A stretch of DNA of 64,000 nt from Hyalangium minutum (GTDB lineage Bacteria > Myxococcota > Myxococcia > Myxococcales > Myxococcaceae), in assembly GCF_000737315.1 (NCBI RefSeq), contig NZ_JMCB01000003.1, forward strand, positions 806,001 through 870,000. The letters run 5' to 3'. Below the pieces are notes generated by a model that was not told the DNA's origin, searched no databases, and saw nothing but the letters and a program-made list of their open reading frames with translations. This document shows, one piece after another, positions 27,663 through 37,608 of this stretch. Both the position numbers and the translations under genes were made by a program. The first letter of the stretch is position 1. Every line of letters starts with the position of its first letter.

Positions 27663-30461
27663 TCAGCGGCCCTTGCGCTTCGCCGGGCGCTTCACCACGG
27701 GAGCCGGCTTGGGAGCCTCCACCTCGTGCACGCCGAGCCACGTGGTGATCTCCGCCACCTCATCCGGCTTCTCCAGCTTCTTGTACTCCTCGCGGACCCG
27801 CTCGGCTTCCTGGCGCGCTTCGTTCTGCTGGCCGACTTCCCAGAGAGCCTTGGCCAGGCCGAACCCCGTCTCTGCCAGCCCCTCGGGTTCAGCGTCCTTG
27901 TAGGCCAGCGCCTTGCGCAGCGGCTCCAGGGAGTCCTGAGCCCTGCCCGCGGCCAGCAGCGCCTGCCCCACCCCATCGTAGGAGTACTGCAGATCCGGGT
28001 GGTCCTCGCCGAGCGCCTTGCGCTTGATCGCCAGGGCCTCGTTGAAGGTCTTCACGGCCTCGTCGTAGCGCTTGAGCGCGATCAGGCCCATGCCCAGCTC
28101 GTCCAGGGTGTCCGCCACCGCTGGGTGCTCGGGGCCCTGCGTCGCCTTGCGCACCTCGAGCGCTTGCTGCACGTGCTCCTGGGCCTTCTCCAGATCGCCG
28201 CTCTCGCGGTACGCCGTGGCGAGCATGGTGTGGCGAGTCGCCACCTCCGGGTGCTGCTTGCCCTTTGCCGCCTCGGTCTGCTGCAGCGACTGGGTGAACA
28301 GCTGGATGGCCTGCGGGTACTCCGCCATGCGCAGCGCCGCCAGCCCCAGGCCATGCGACACCTTCGCGCGCTTCGGATCATCCGGTCCCAGGTTGGCGTC
28401 CACCAGGGCCCGAGCCTTCTCGAAGTAGTCCCGCGACTCTTGGTAGCGGCCCCGCTGCAGCGCCACGTAGCCCAGGTTCCCCATCAGATCGATCGCCAGC
28501 GCCGGCTCGCCGCCCACGCGCTTGAGGATCGCCACCGCCACCTGGCCCCACCGCTCGGCCTCCTGCGGATGGCCGTTGTTCACGAGCGTGAAGATGAGCT
28601 TGGTCAGCACCTCCAGCCGGATCCGATCTGACCGGCTCGCCTCGGCGGTGTCGAAGGCCTGCTCCAGTTGGTGGATGCCGTCCTCCGACTGCCCGCTCTG
28701 CTGCAGCAGCCAGCCCAGGTGGTAGCCCAGCTCCGCCTGCAGCGGCGGGTACGTGGTGGCCACCACCTCGGGCTCGAGCTTCTTCGCCAGCTCCACGCCC
28801 GCCTTGTACCGGCCCGCATCGTGGAGCGCCTTCACCTCGGCCACCCGTCCGCCGAGCTGCTCGACGGCCGTCTTCTTCGCCGGATCCGCCGGCAGGGGCG
28901 GCTGCTCCGCCAGCGTCGCGATGTCCTGGCACGGCTGCAGCGAGGGCAGCGCCGAGGCCGCGTCCACCGCCTTCTCCACCACCTTGCCATCCGCCTCGGT
29001 CAGCAGGCTCGCCAACGCTCCGAGATCCTTGCGGCGCCGATCCAGGCACACCATGCGCATGGAGAGCAGTTCCTCCGTCTGCTCGCCGCGCACGCGGGTG
29101 GCCTCGCAGGCCTCGGTGTGCATGCCCGCCCAAGAGCGCGCATACCCATCCAGCAGGTTCACCACCTTGGCCGCCGCCTCCGCCGCGAAGGGCTTGCCCG
29201 TCGCCGTGAAGGCCGCCTGAAGCTTCTGGTGCGCCTCGGGCCCCCACACGGAGGCCACCAGCGCGTCCGAGCCCGCGCACACCCGGCTCTGCTGATACGC
29301 GTACCCGCCCACGCCTGCCGCCGCCAGCGCCAGCGCGCCCACCGCAGCGATCGCCCCGCGCCGCTGCCCCCGCCGCTGCTGCTGCGAGAGCGCCTCGAGC
29401 AGCGCCTCCATGGAGGGGAACCGATCCTCCGGGTTCAGCGCCAGCCCGCGCATCACCGCACGGCGCACCCACACGGGGACCTTCGCGTCCGCGGGAGGCT
29501 CGCGCGCCGCCGTGGTGTGCGGCAGCTTGCGAATGCCCTCGGCTGTGCCGCGCTCCGTGCCCCGCGAGCTCTCCGCCGCCGTCTTGGCCACCTGCCGGGG
29601 CTCGAAGGGACGCTTGCGGAACAGCGCCCAGTACAGCGAGGCACAGAACGCGAACTGGTCCGCGCGCGCATCCACCTCGGTGCCCAGGTACTGCTCGGGC
29701 GGCATGTACTGTGGCGTGCCCATGATGAGGCTGCTCTCGGGCAGCGCCAGGGCGATGGGCTCACTCCGATCGTCGATGCCCTCCAGGTCCCCGCTCAGGG
29801 CCTGCTCCTCGGCCTCGGCCACCTGGGCGAGCCGGGCCAGACCGAAGTCCAGCACGCACACGCGGTGGTTCTCGCCGATGAGCACGTTGGAGGGCTTGAA
29901 GTCCCGGTGCACCAGCCCGGCCTTGTGAGCGGCCACGAGCCCCTGGCCGGCCTCCACGAAGACGCGGAGGATCTCCGGCACCGTGTGCTGCTCCTTGCGG
30001 ATCCACGTGCTCAGCGTGCGGCCCTGGATGAACTCCATGGCCACGAACACCTGGTTGCCGTAGGTGCCCACGTCATAGACGGAGATGACGTTGGGGTGGG
30101 AGATGCGGGCCATGGCCTGGGCCTCGCGCAGCATCCACGCGCGCGAGCTGTTCCCATCCGGCGTCTGCTTGTCCGGCCGCAGCAGCTTCAGCGCGACCTT
30201 GCGATCCAGGTCCGGATCATAGGCCGAGTACACCACGCCCATGCCGCCCTGCCCCAGGGGCTTGAGCAGCACGTAGCGCTCGATGCTGGTGCCACGCTCG
30301 AGCTCGAACGACTCCTGCGGGCCCCCATCCGTGGGCTGGGAGGGAATGGACGGGGATGGAGAAGGCCGGGACCGGGAGGCGTGGCCACGCGCCTCACGGG
30401 TGGGCAGATCGGTATCGATGCTCTTCGGCGGAACGCGGGGTTCGGTCTTCGAGTCCTCCAT
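27663..30461 (-). CDS. Ser/Thr protein kinase with TM helix and TPR repeats
   Basis: [40 protein letters not shown]; [19 protein letters not shown]; repeated GxxHPxVA TPR linkers. Confidence 0.95.
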   Translation of the reverse strand: MEDSKTEPRVPPKSIDTDLPTREARGHASRSRPSPSPSIPSQPTDGGPQESFELERGTSIERYVLLKPLGQGGMGVVYSAYDPDLDRKVALKLLRPDKQTPDGNSSRAWMLREAQAMARISHPNVISVYDVGTYGNQVFVAMEFIQGRTLSTWIRKEQHTVPEILRVFVEAGQGLVAAHKAGLVHRDFKPSNVLIGENHRVCVLDFGLARLAQVAEAEEQALSGDLEGIDDRSEPIALALPESSLIMGTPQYMPPEQYLGTEVDARADQFAFCASLYWALFRKRPFEPRQVAKTAAESSRGTERGTAEGIRKLPHTTAAREPPADAKVPVWVRRAVMRGLALNPEDRFPSMEALLEALSQQQRRGQRRGAIAAVGALALAAAGVGGYAYQQSRVCAGSDALVASVWGPEAHQKLQAAFTATGKPFAAEAAAKVVNLLDGYARSWAGMHTEACEATRVRGEQTEELLSMRMVCLDRRRKDLGALASLLTEADGKVVEKAVDAASALPSLQPCQDIATLAEQPPLPADPAKKTAVEQLGGRVAEVKALHDAGRYKAGVELAKKLEPEVVATTYPPLQAELGYHLGWLLQQSGQSEDGIHQLEQAFDTAEASRSDRIRLEVLTKLIFTLVNNGHPQEAERWGQVAVAILKRVGGEPALAIDLMGNLGYVALQRGRYQESRDYFEKARALVDANLGPDDPKRAKVSHGLGLAALRMAEYPQAIQLFTQSLQQTEAAKGKQHPEVATRHTMLATAYRESGDLEKAQEHVQQALEVRKATQGPEHPAVADTLDELGMGLIALKRYDEAVKTFNEALAIKRKALGEDHPDLQYSYDGVGQALLAAGRAQDSLEPLRKALAYKDAEPEGLAETGFGLAKALWEVGQQNEARQEAERVREEYKKLEKPDEVAEITTWLGVHEVEAPKPAPVVKRPAKRKGR

Positions 30462-30493
30462 GGCTCGGGCATCCTAGGGCAGGCCGCTGGGCC

Positions 30494-31618
30494 CTAGAAG
30501 GCATCCCCAGTGGACTTCTTGCCGATGCCCGGGTCCTTCTTGTCCGCCGTCTTCACCTGATCCAGGACGGCCTTGTCCTTGTCGGAGGTGCTCTTCTCCA
30601 GCTGGGCGAGCGTCTCGTACGCGCCCTTGTCCCCGCTGGCCTTGCGCTCGCGCAGCTCGGCGGCCGCCTCGTTCACGTCACGATCCTCGGCCACCACGGG
30701 CGCCACGGACGGCTCCGCCTGCGCGTCCGTGCTCTTGCCGTAGCGCAGGTTGATCTCGAACTGGTTGCGCTGCTCGTTCGCCTCCATCACCTCGTTGCGC
30801 TCGTCGGTCTCGGGCTCCTTGAAGCTCGTGTCCACGCCCTCGAAGACGTCCTGGGTCACCGAGAAGGCATCCGGGTTGGGCGCCTTGGTGATGGTGGGCT
30901 TCAGGGCTCGAGCCTCGGCGCCCTCGAACACATCCACCGGGGCCGCCGGAGCCTCCGCGCGCTGGGCCGCCGCGGGAGCGGGGGCTGTGGTGGTGGACGC
31001 AGTGGGCGAGGTCCGCTGGGCCTCGGCCGGGCTGGCCACGGGGATGAGCATGCCGCCATCCGGCGGCGCCTTGAGAACGGCCTCGCGCAGCTGGTCCGGG
31101 GTGACGACGTAGGACTTCTTCGCCAGCGGATCCGAGACGTTGTAGTTGCCGTCCTTCGTCTTGCCCTGAATGAGGACGTAGTGCGCGTTGTCCGGATCCA
31201 CGCCCTTGGCATCGGACGCGCGGACCTGAGCGATGACCTTGTGGCCCTGGTCCAGGTGCGCGTTCAGCTCGCTATCGTCGTAGTCGGCCCCGAGCGCCTC
31301 GCCCGCAGGCGGCACGTCCGCGCGCTTGAGCATCTTGGCGATGCCGTCCGCGTCCACGCCGTCCTTGGTAACGAGGCCCTTGCCCAGCTGCTGGATGAGC
31401 TTGGCGTCGCTGATCCCGCTCATGTTGCCGTGGCCCCGGGCGAGCATGGCGACCACGGCCGGGCCACAGTTGTAGGCGCCGTTGGCGTAGTCCTTGCCCG
31501 CGCCGTTGGGGCGCAGCTGGTTGATGTGCGGGATGTTCTGCCAGCCGCCCAGGTTGGTCCTGGGCTGGGTGGAGGTGAGCCTGGACAGCTCGGAGAATGA
31601 AGGGAGACGGATGCTCAT
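30494..31618 (-). CDS. C39-like (papain-fold) peptidase-domain protein, paralog 1
   Basis: NQL..., YNCGPAVVAM (Cys), AHYVLIQG (His), SDP (Asp); no signal peptide; C-terminus KDPGIGKKSTGDAF. Confidence 0.75.
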   Translation of the reverse strand: MSIRLPSFSELSRLTSTQPRTNLGGWQNIPHINQLRPNGAGKDYANGAYNCGPAVVAMLARGHGNMSGISDAKLIQQLGKGLVTKDGVDADGIAKMLKRADVPPAGEALGADYDDSELNAHLDQGHKVIAQVRASDAKGVDPDNAHYVLIQGKTKDGNYNVSDPLAKKSYVVTPDQLREAVLKAPPDGGMLIPVASPAEAQRTSPTASTTTAPAPAAAQRAEAPAAPVDVFEGAEARALKPTITKAPNPDAFSVTQDVFEGVDTSFKEPETDERNEVMEANEQRNQFEINLRYGKSTDAQAEPSVAPVVAEDRDVNEAAAELRERKASGDKGAYETLAQLEKSTSDKDKAVLDQVKTADKKDPGIGKKSTGDAF

Positions 31619-31645
31619 GATTCAAGACCTTCGTGCTTCAAGGAG

Positions 31646-32977
31646 TTAGAAAGCATCCCCGGACATCTTCTTGCCAATGCCGGGATCCTTCAGATCCGAC
31701 TGCTGCACCACCGCCAGGATCTGCTGATCCCTTTTGGAGGTGCTGTTCTCGAGCACGGCCAGCTCGTCGTAGACGCTGGCGTCGCCCTGAGCCTTGCGCT
31801 TGAGCAGGTCCTGGGCGGCCTCGTTGACGCTCCGGTTCTCGGTGGACGACTGGCGCCTGCCCGAGCTCCGGCGGCCGTGCGAGTAGCTGACGTCCAGGTT
31901 GTAGTGGTTGCGGCGCTCGTTGGACTCCAGGCGCTTGTCCTGGCTGCGCTGCGTGGGCTTCTTGAACTCGGTGTCCACGCCCTTGAGCACGTCATCCGAG
32001 GCCGTGAAGGCCTGCTCGCTGGGCTCGTCCGCGGGAACCGGAGGGGCCGTGGGCGTCCGGGAAGCGGAGATGGCGCCCAGCGTCGCCGGGGACAGCGTCG
32101 TCGGGGCCAGCGTCTTCGGGAGCTGGACGGCCGGCATCTCCGCCAGCGTGGGCACGCGGGGAGCCAGGGTGGCCGGGATCTCCGTCAGCGAGGGCCTTCG
32201 GCCGGGACCAAAGGCGTCGGCCGCGAGCTCCTGCTGGGTTGTCGTCCGCCGGGGCGCCACCGCGGGCAGCGCGGTCTGGGTGGGCTTGCGGACAGCAGGC
32301 TCCACGAGCGGCCGAGCCGCAGGGGCCGTGACTTCCGCCGCAGGCTCGGAGGGCGCCTTGAGGGCGGCCTTGGCCTCGGCCGGGCTGGAGACGGGGATCA
32401 GCATGCCGCCATCGGGAGGGGCCTTGGTGACGGCCTTCTTCAGCTGCTCCGGCGAGGCGACATAGGTCCGGTTGGCGAGCGGATCATTGACGATGTAGTT
32501 GCCGCGCGGAGTCATCCCCTGAATGAGGACGTAGTGGGCATTGCCCTTGTCCTTGGCATCGCGATCCGTGGTGCGCACCTGGGCAATGAGCATGTGTCCC
32601 TGGCTCAGGTGCTGCTTCACGTCGGCATCGCTGTAGTTGGCGCCCAGCGCATCCCCCGCCAGCGGGACGTCGGCGCGCTCCAGCATTTGCGCCACGCCCT
32701 GGGGGTCGGTCCCCTTCTCGGTGACGATGTCCTGCCCGAGGGCCTGGATGAGCTGCGCGTCGTTGAGATCCCCCAGCTTTCCATGGCCGCGGGCCAGCAT
32801 GGCCACCACGGCAGGCGCGCAGTTGTACGCCCCGTTCACATAGTTCTGGTCGGCGCCCCGAGGATGCAGTTGGTTGATGTGGGGGATGGGCTGCCAACCC
32901 TGGGAGGACGCCGCAGCGCTCAGACCCGTCGACGGGGTCCGAGGCTGCGTGGACTGGGTACGAAGGGAGATGGACAT
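31646..32977 (-). CDS. C39-like (papain-fold) peptidase-domain protein, paralog 2
   Basis: YNCAPAVVAMLARGHG, AHYVLIQG, NDP; C-terminus KDPGIGKKMSGDAF; long Pro/Ala/Thr linker. Confidence 0.75.
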   Translation of the reverse strand: MSISLRTQSTQPRTPSTGLSAAASSQGWQPIPHINQLHPRGADQNYVNGAYNCAPAVVAMLARGHGKLGDLNDAQLIQALGQDIVTEKGTDPQGVAQMLERADVPLAGDALGANYSDADVKQHLSQGHMLIAQVRTTDRDAKDKGNAHYVLIQGMTPRGNYIVNDPLANRTYVASPEQLKKAVTKAPPDGGMLIPVSSPAEAKAALKAPSEPAAEVTAPAARPLVEPAVRKPTQTALPAVAPRRTTTQQELAADAFGPGRRPSLTEIPATLAPRVPTLAEMPAVQLPKTLAPTTLSPATLGAISASRTPTAPPVPADEPSEQAFTASDDVLKGVDTEFKKPTQRSQDKRLESNERRNHYNLDVSYSHGRRSSGRRQSSTENRSVNEAAQDLLKRKAQGDASVYDELAVLENSTSKRDQQILAVVQQSDLKDPGIGKKMSGDAF

Positions 32978-33066
32978 AAGTTCGGAACCTTCGGCCGATC
33001 TGCTGCCTCATCTCTTTTTTCGGAGAATGTGCGGAAAAGTTTCCTACCCCCTGCGTTTTCTCGACC

Positions 33067-33846
33067 TCAGGCCGCGCGGGCGCCCTCTTTCTCCCCCTGG
33101 CCCGCGCTCGACAGGGGCACCAGGGAGGCCCTCAGTGCCAGGATCTGCTCGCGGGCCAGGCCCTTGAGGCGCTCCACGTCCGCCAGCGTCATACCCTGGG
33201 TGGAAATGGGGGTACCCACCGTCACCAGGGCCCGAGAGCGCGCAAACCGCCAGGAATGCTTGGGAAGGGCCTTCCGCGTGCCGCTCACCGCGATGGGTAG
33301 CACGTCCGACCCTGTCTCGATGGCCAGCCGGAACGCCCCGTCCTTGAAGGGCAGCAGTTCCTCCGTCTTCGAGCGGGTGCCCTCCGGGAAGATCATCACC
33401 GGCATGCCCTTGGCCAGCCACTTGGCGCACTGCGCCATGGCGCCCTTGGCGGACCCCTGATCGCCTCGGGTGACGGGGATGTCCCCAGCCAGCCACATGC
33501 TCCAGCCCACCGCGGGGATCTTGAAGAGGCTGGCCTTGCCCAGCCACTTCATCTCCCAGGGCAGGAAGGAGATGAGGAAGGGGTCGGCGTTGGACTCGTG
33601 GTTGCTGACCACCACGGTGCGGTTGGGCTTGCGCATGCGCTCGGGCACCGGGCCGTGCACCGCGAAGTCCCAGTACGGGGTGAGCTTCGAGGACACCACG
33701 GCGACCAGCCGGAAGCACCGCCCGGTGATGACCTTGCGGCGGTCGAAGGGCCAGGTGACGACCGCGAGGGCCAACTGGATGAAGAAGCCCACCAGGGACA
33801 TCAGGCCGATCTCAAACCACGTCCAGATCGAAAGAAGAGCGTTCAT
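33067..33846 (-). CDS. 1-acyl-sn-glycerol-3-phosphate acyltransferase (lysophospholipid acyltransferase) family
   Basis: ATG at 33846; NHESNAD (HxxxxD), IFPEGTRS, FKDGAFRLA. Confidence 0.92.
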   Translation of the reverse strand: MNALLSIWTWFEIGLMSLVGFFIQLALAVVTWPFDRRKVITGRCFRLVAVVSSKLTPYWDFAVHGPVPERMRKPNRTVVVSNHESNADPFLISFLPWEMKWLGKASLFKIPAVGWSMWLAGDIPVTRGDQGSAKGAMAQCAKWLAKGMPVMIFPEGTRSKTEELLPFKDGAFRLAIETGSDVLPIAVSGTRKALPKHSWRFARSRALVTVGTPISTQGMTLADVERLKGLAREQILALRASLVPLSSAGQGEKEGARAA

Positions 33847-33860
33847 GCGCGGAGAGCCAG

Positions 33861-34643
33861 TTACCGGATCTTCGGATCCAGGTCCACGCTCACCGGACAA
33901 TGGTCCGACCCGAACACCTCCGGGTGGATGGCCGCGCGCTTCACGAAGGGCATGGCCCCGTGCGAGGCCAGCACGTAGTCCAGCCGCCAGCCGATGTTGC
34001 GCGCCCGCGCGTCCAGCCGCTGCGTCCACCAGGAGTAGTGCCCGCCGCCCTTGTGGAAGTGCCGGAAGGTGTCCACCCAGCCGGCGCGGATCCATCGGTC
34101 GAACTCCTCGCGCTCCTCGGGGCGGAAGCCGCTCGTCTCGCGGTTGTCCTTGGGCCGAGCCAGATCGATGTCCTGGTGGGCGGTGTTGAAGTCGCCCAGG
34201 ACGAGGATGCGCTCCCCGTCCCGGCGCGCCTTCTCCAGCCGCTCGAAGAGCCGCTGGTAGAAGTCCAGCTTGAAGGGGATGCGGCTGTTGTCCCGGTTCT
34301 TCCCGTTGCCGTTGGGGAAGTAGCCGTTGACGATCGTCAGCCGCCCGAAGCGCGCCACCTGCAGGCGTCCCTCCGCGTCCACCTCCTTGAGCCCGAGCGT
34401 CGTCTCCACGTCATCCGGCTCGTCGCGGGCGAAGAGGCCCACGCCGCTGTAGCCGGGGCGCTCGGCGGCCACGAAGTGGGTGCGCCAGCGCTTGTGGGAG
34501 CGCAGCTCCTCGGGAAGCTGCTCCGGGCGGGCACGCACCTCCTGCACCCCTACCACGTTGGCCCGAGCCCCGGTGAGCCAGCGCTCGAACCCCTTCTTGT
34601 GGACCGACCTCAGTCCATTCACGTTCCAGGAGACGACTCGCAC
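33861..34643 (-). CDS. xth: Exodeoxyribonuclease III (AP endonuclease)
   Basis: SWNVNGLRS, VQEVRA, GYFPNG, GDFNTAH, GWRLDY, GSDHCPV. Confidence 0.96.
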   Translation of the reverse strand: MRVVSWNVNGLRSVHKKGFERWLTGARANVVGVQEVRARPEQLPEELRSHKRWRTHFVAAERPGYSGVGLFARDEPDDVETTLGLKEVDAEGRLQVARFGRLTIVNGYFPNGNGKNRDNSRIPFKLDFYQRLFERLEKARRDGERILVLGDFNTAHQDIDLARPKDNRETSGFRPEEREEFDRWIRAGWVDTFRHFHKGGGHYSWWTQRLDARARNIGWRLDYVLASHGAMPFVKRAAIHPEVFGSDHCPVSVDLDPKIR

Positions 34644-34700
34644 ACCCTACTTATGGCGTAGGGGCGCTCGGAAAATCCAGTCGAAATCCCAGGCCGGGTC

Positions 34701-35645
34701 TCAGGGAGCCATGGAGGCGGGCTCGAGCCCCTGCTCTACGAGGAAGACCCGGACGGCGTCGGCGATCTCGCTCCCCGCCTCCACCAGCCCGGCGTGGCCC
34801 GCATCCGTCACCAGCAGCCACTGCGCGTGGGGCAGCGCCCGCCGCATCTGCTCCATGTCGCTGAGCGGGACGATCAGATCGTTGGCCGCTACGATGAGCT
34901 GCGTGGGCACCCGGACGGAGGGCAGCACGTCCCACGCGTCCCCCTCCATGAGCCCCTGGAGCGTCTTCCAGTAGGCCTCGGGGCTCATGCGGCGCAGGGA
35001 GAAGAAGAACTCGGTGAGATCGTCCCTCGGGGCACGCGCTCGCAGCGTCCCCGTCAGCCGGCCCGCAGGATAGGCGAGCGGGCTGGCCAGGAAGGCCCTC
35101 ACCATCGGGGAGATCACGGGGATGACCGGCGCGGCGGCGTCCACGGTCTGCTTCATCAGGGCAAACCCGAGCCGCGCCACGCGCCCCCGCCTCCACGAGC
35201 CCGTAGCCCCCGCCGCGCCCGCGATGAGCGTCATGGCGGGCACCAGCTCCGGCCTCCGGCGGTAGAGCTCCAGGACGATGCGCACGCCCATCGAGAAGGC
35301 AATGTGGTGCGGAGGCCGCCCGTTGCCCAGGCGCATCATCTCCTCGGTGACGCGCTCCAGATCGTCCACCTGGGCCTGGACGGAGTAGTCCCCGTTCCGC
35401 GCCTCGTCGCTGTGCCCATGGCCCCGGTAGTTCCAGTGCACCACCCGGTGGTCCTGCTCCAAGTTGGCCACGATGTGGCGCCAGAAGTTCTCCGAGGTGC
35501 CAATCCCGTTGCTCAGCAGCACCGGGGGCCGGCTGGCCATCTCCTCCTCGACGCGCTCCTCGGGCAGCTCTCCACTGTGCGTGTGGTAAGCGACCCGGGT
35601 GCCATCCGGTGCGGTGACGAAGCGAGTGACGCGGCGGTAGGGCAT
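34701..35645 (-). CDS. Alpha/beta fold hydrolase
   Basis: ATG at 35645; LLSNGIG, WNYRGHGHS, AFSMG nucleophile elbow, DAGHAG. Confidence 0.88.
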   Translation of the reverse strand: MPYRRVTRFVTAPDGTRVAYHTHSGELPEERVEEEMASRPPVLLSNGIGTSENFWRHIVANLEQDHRVVHWNYRGHGHSDEARNGDYSVQAQVDDLERVTEEMMRLGNGRPPHHIAFSMGVRIVLELYRRRPELVPAMTLIAGAAGATGSWRRGRVARLGFALMKQTVDAAAPVIPVISPMVRAFLASPLAYPAGRLTGTLRARAPRDDLTEFFFSLRRMSPEAYWKTLQGLMEGDAWDVLPSVRVPTQLIVAANDLIVPLSDMEQMRRALPHAQWLLVTDAGHAGLVEAGSEIADAVRVFLVEQGLEPASMAP

Positions 35646-35756
35646 AAGCCAAGGAATACATGGGGAGCCTCGCTTGGACCTGCAAGCTCCCCTGCCCGCC
35701 CACCGTGCACCCGCAGACCGCTGGACGGCGGGGCCTCGGGCACCGAGAGTGTGCTC

Positions 35757-36749
35757 ATGAGCACTTCTCCCCCATCGCTTGCTCCCTGGCTCACGCCCCG
35801 GCCCGAAGGCCAGGCGCTGCGGCCCGTGCTCTCTCTGGGGACGATGAACTTCGGCAAGCGCACCCCTGCCGCCGAGGCCCGCCGCATCGTCGACCGGGCG
35901 CTGGAGCGGGGCGTGCGTTTCTTCGACACGGCCAACGTGTACGGCAACGGCGAATCGGAGCGCATCCTGGGCCAGGCGCTGCGAGGCCGCCGCGATCAGG
36001 TGGGGCTGGCGACCAAGGTGGGGCTCGCGCGAGTGCAGGGACGGCCCGAGGGCCTGTCCGCGGCACGCGTGGAGCAAGCCCTGGAGGAGAGCCTGGAGCG
36101 CCTGGGCACCGGCTTCGTGGATCTCTTCTACCTGCACCAGCCGGATCCCGCGACGCCCTTCGAGGACACACTGGAAGGCGTGGGCCGCGTGCTGCGCTCG
36201 GGGAAGGCGCGCCAGTGGGGCGTGTCCAACTTCGCCGCGTGGCAGATCCTGGAGCTGAACCTGCTCTGTGACGCGCGAGGCCTGCCACGCCCGGCCGTCT
36301 CCCAGGTGATCTACAACGTGCTCGTGCGGCAGATCGAGCTGGAGTACCTCCCCTTCACCCGCCGCCATCCGCTCCACACCACCGTGTACAACCCGCTCGC
36401 GGGAGGAGTGCTCACGGGCCGCTATGCGCCAGGGGTTCCCCTGCCCTCGGACTCACGACTGAGCTCCAACAAGATGTACCAGGGGCGCTACGGCTCCGGC
36501 CGGTTGCTGGAGCAGGTAGATGCCCTGCGCGCCATTGCCGAGGACGAGGGCATGGATCTGGTGACGCTGGCCTATGCGTGGCTGGCGGGTCGGCCCGGGG
36601 TGGACTCGGTGCTCGTGGGCCCTGGCTCGGTGGAGCACCTGGACGCAGCGCTCGAGGCCTGGAGCCACCCCCTGTCCCCCGAGGCGCTCTCGCGAATCGA
36701 CGCGCTTCACCAGGCGTTCCTGGGCACGGACGCCCGATATGCGAGGTAG
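35757..36749 (+). CDS. Aldo/keto reductase
   Basis: LGTMNFG, FDTANVYGNGESE, LATK, DLFYLHQPD, GVSNF, YNPLAGGVLTG. Confidence 0.94.
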   Translation: MSTSPPSLAPWLTPRPEGQALRPVLSLGTMNFGKRTPAAEARRIVDRALERGVRFFDTANVYGNGESERILGQALRGRRDQVGLATKVGLARVQGRPEGLSAARVEQALEESLERLGTGFVDLFYLHQPDPATPFEDTLEGVGRVLRSGKARQWGVSNFAAWQILELNLLCDARGLPRPAVSQVIYNVLVRQIELEYLPFTRRHPLHTTVYNPLAGGVLTGRYAPGVPLPSDSRLSSNKMYQGRYGSGRLLEQVDALRAIAEDEGMDLVTLAYAWLAGRPGVDSVLVGPGSVEHLDAALEAWSHPLSPEALSRIDALHQAFLGTDARYAR

Positions 36750-36755
36750 CGGATC

Positions 36756-37580
36756 GTGCTGCGCGTAGCCCCTGACAGTGTGGATGTGGACTCGGCGCTC
36801 GCCCACTACGCCGAGCACGGCTATGCCCGGCTGGGCGTGCTCCTGGACGAGGAGGGCCTGGCCGCCCTGCGCGAGCGCACGGACGATCTGATGCTCGGCC
36901 GCGTCACGTACCCAGGGCTCTTCTTCCAACTGGACGCGCCCACCGGCCGCTACGAGGACGCGCCGCTGGGGCTGGGCTGGCAGGGCCCGTCGCTGGACTA
37001 CCGCAAGCTGGAGAAGCTGGAGCTGGATCCGCGCTTCCGCGCGTGGCTGGAGAACCCGCTCTTCGAGCGCATCGCCCGTGCCGTCATCCCCGGCGACATC
37101 GTCATCTACCGCGCCATCCTCTTCCACAAGGGACAGGCGGGCGGCAGCAACCTCCCGTGGCACCAGGATGGGGGCAAGCTCTGGGGCATCACCCAGGAGC
37201 CCGAGTTGCAGCTCTGGACGGCGCTCGACGACGCGCCCGAGCAAGGCGGCTGTCTGGAGGTGGTGCCCGGCAGCCATCGAGGCGGGCTCGTCACCTCCTT
37301 GGGCGGCGTCATCCCCCCGGATCGCGTGGACGAGGCCCATGCCGAAGAGCGCCGGCTCCTCCTCCCCGCCAAGGCCGGCGAGGTGTTCCTCGTGCACAAC
37401 CATGTCTGGCACCGCTCAGGCCCCAGCCGCACCGGGCAACGGCGCCGCGCCTTCTCGGTCTGCTACATGAGCGCGCAGACGCGGTGCGTGCGGAAGAAGA
37501 AGGCCCCGCGCGTCTTCACGCCCGTCTTCCGGCACGGTGCGGGAAGCACAGCTCCGGGGAGCACAGGCCCCACGGAGTGA
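36756..37580 (+). CDS. Phytanoyl-CoA dioxygenase (PhyH) family Fe(II)/2OG enzyme
   Basis: PWHQDG (HxD), WTALDD, VVPGSH, VWHRSG (distal His), RRAFS. Confidence 0.92.
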   Translation: MLRVAPDSVDVDSALAHYAEHGYARLGVLLDEEGLAALRERTDDLMLGRVTYPGLFFQLDAPTGRYEDAPLGLGWQGPSLDYRKLEKLELDPRFRAWLENPLFERIARAVIPGDIVIYRAILFHKGQAGGSNLPWHQDGGKLWGITQEPELQLWTALDDAPEQGGCLEVVPGSHRGGLVTSLGGVIPPDRVDEAHAEERRLLLPAKAGEVFLVHNHVWHRSGPSRTGQRRRAFSVCYMSAQTRCVRKKKAPRVFTPVFRHGAGSTAPGSTGPTE

Positions 37581-37608
37581 GTGAGCACGGCGCCGGGTCC
37601 CGCCAGGC

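Noticed and set aside
30494-32977. Toxin-immunity or bacteriocin-exporter interpretation of the C39 pair
   Set aside because: No small immunity ORF between or after the genes and no ABC-transporter domain fused or adjacent.
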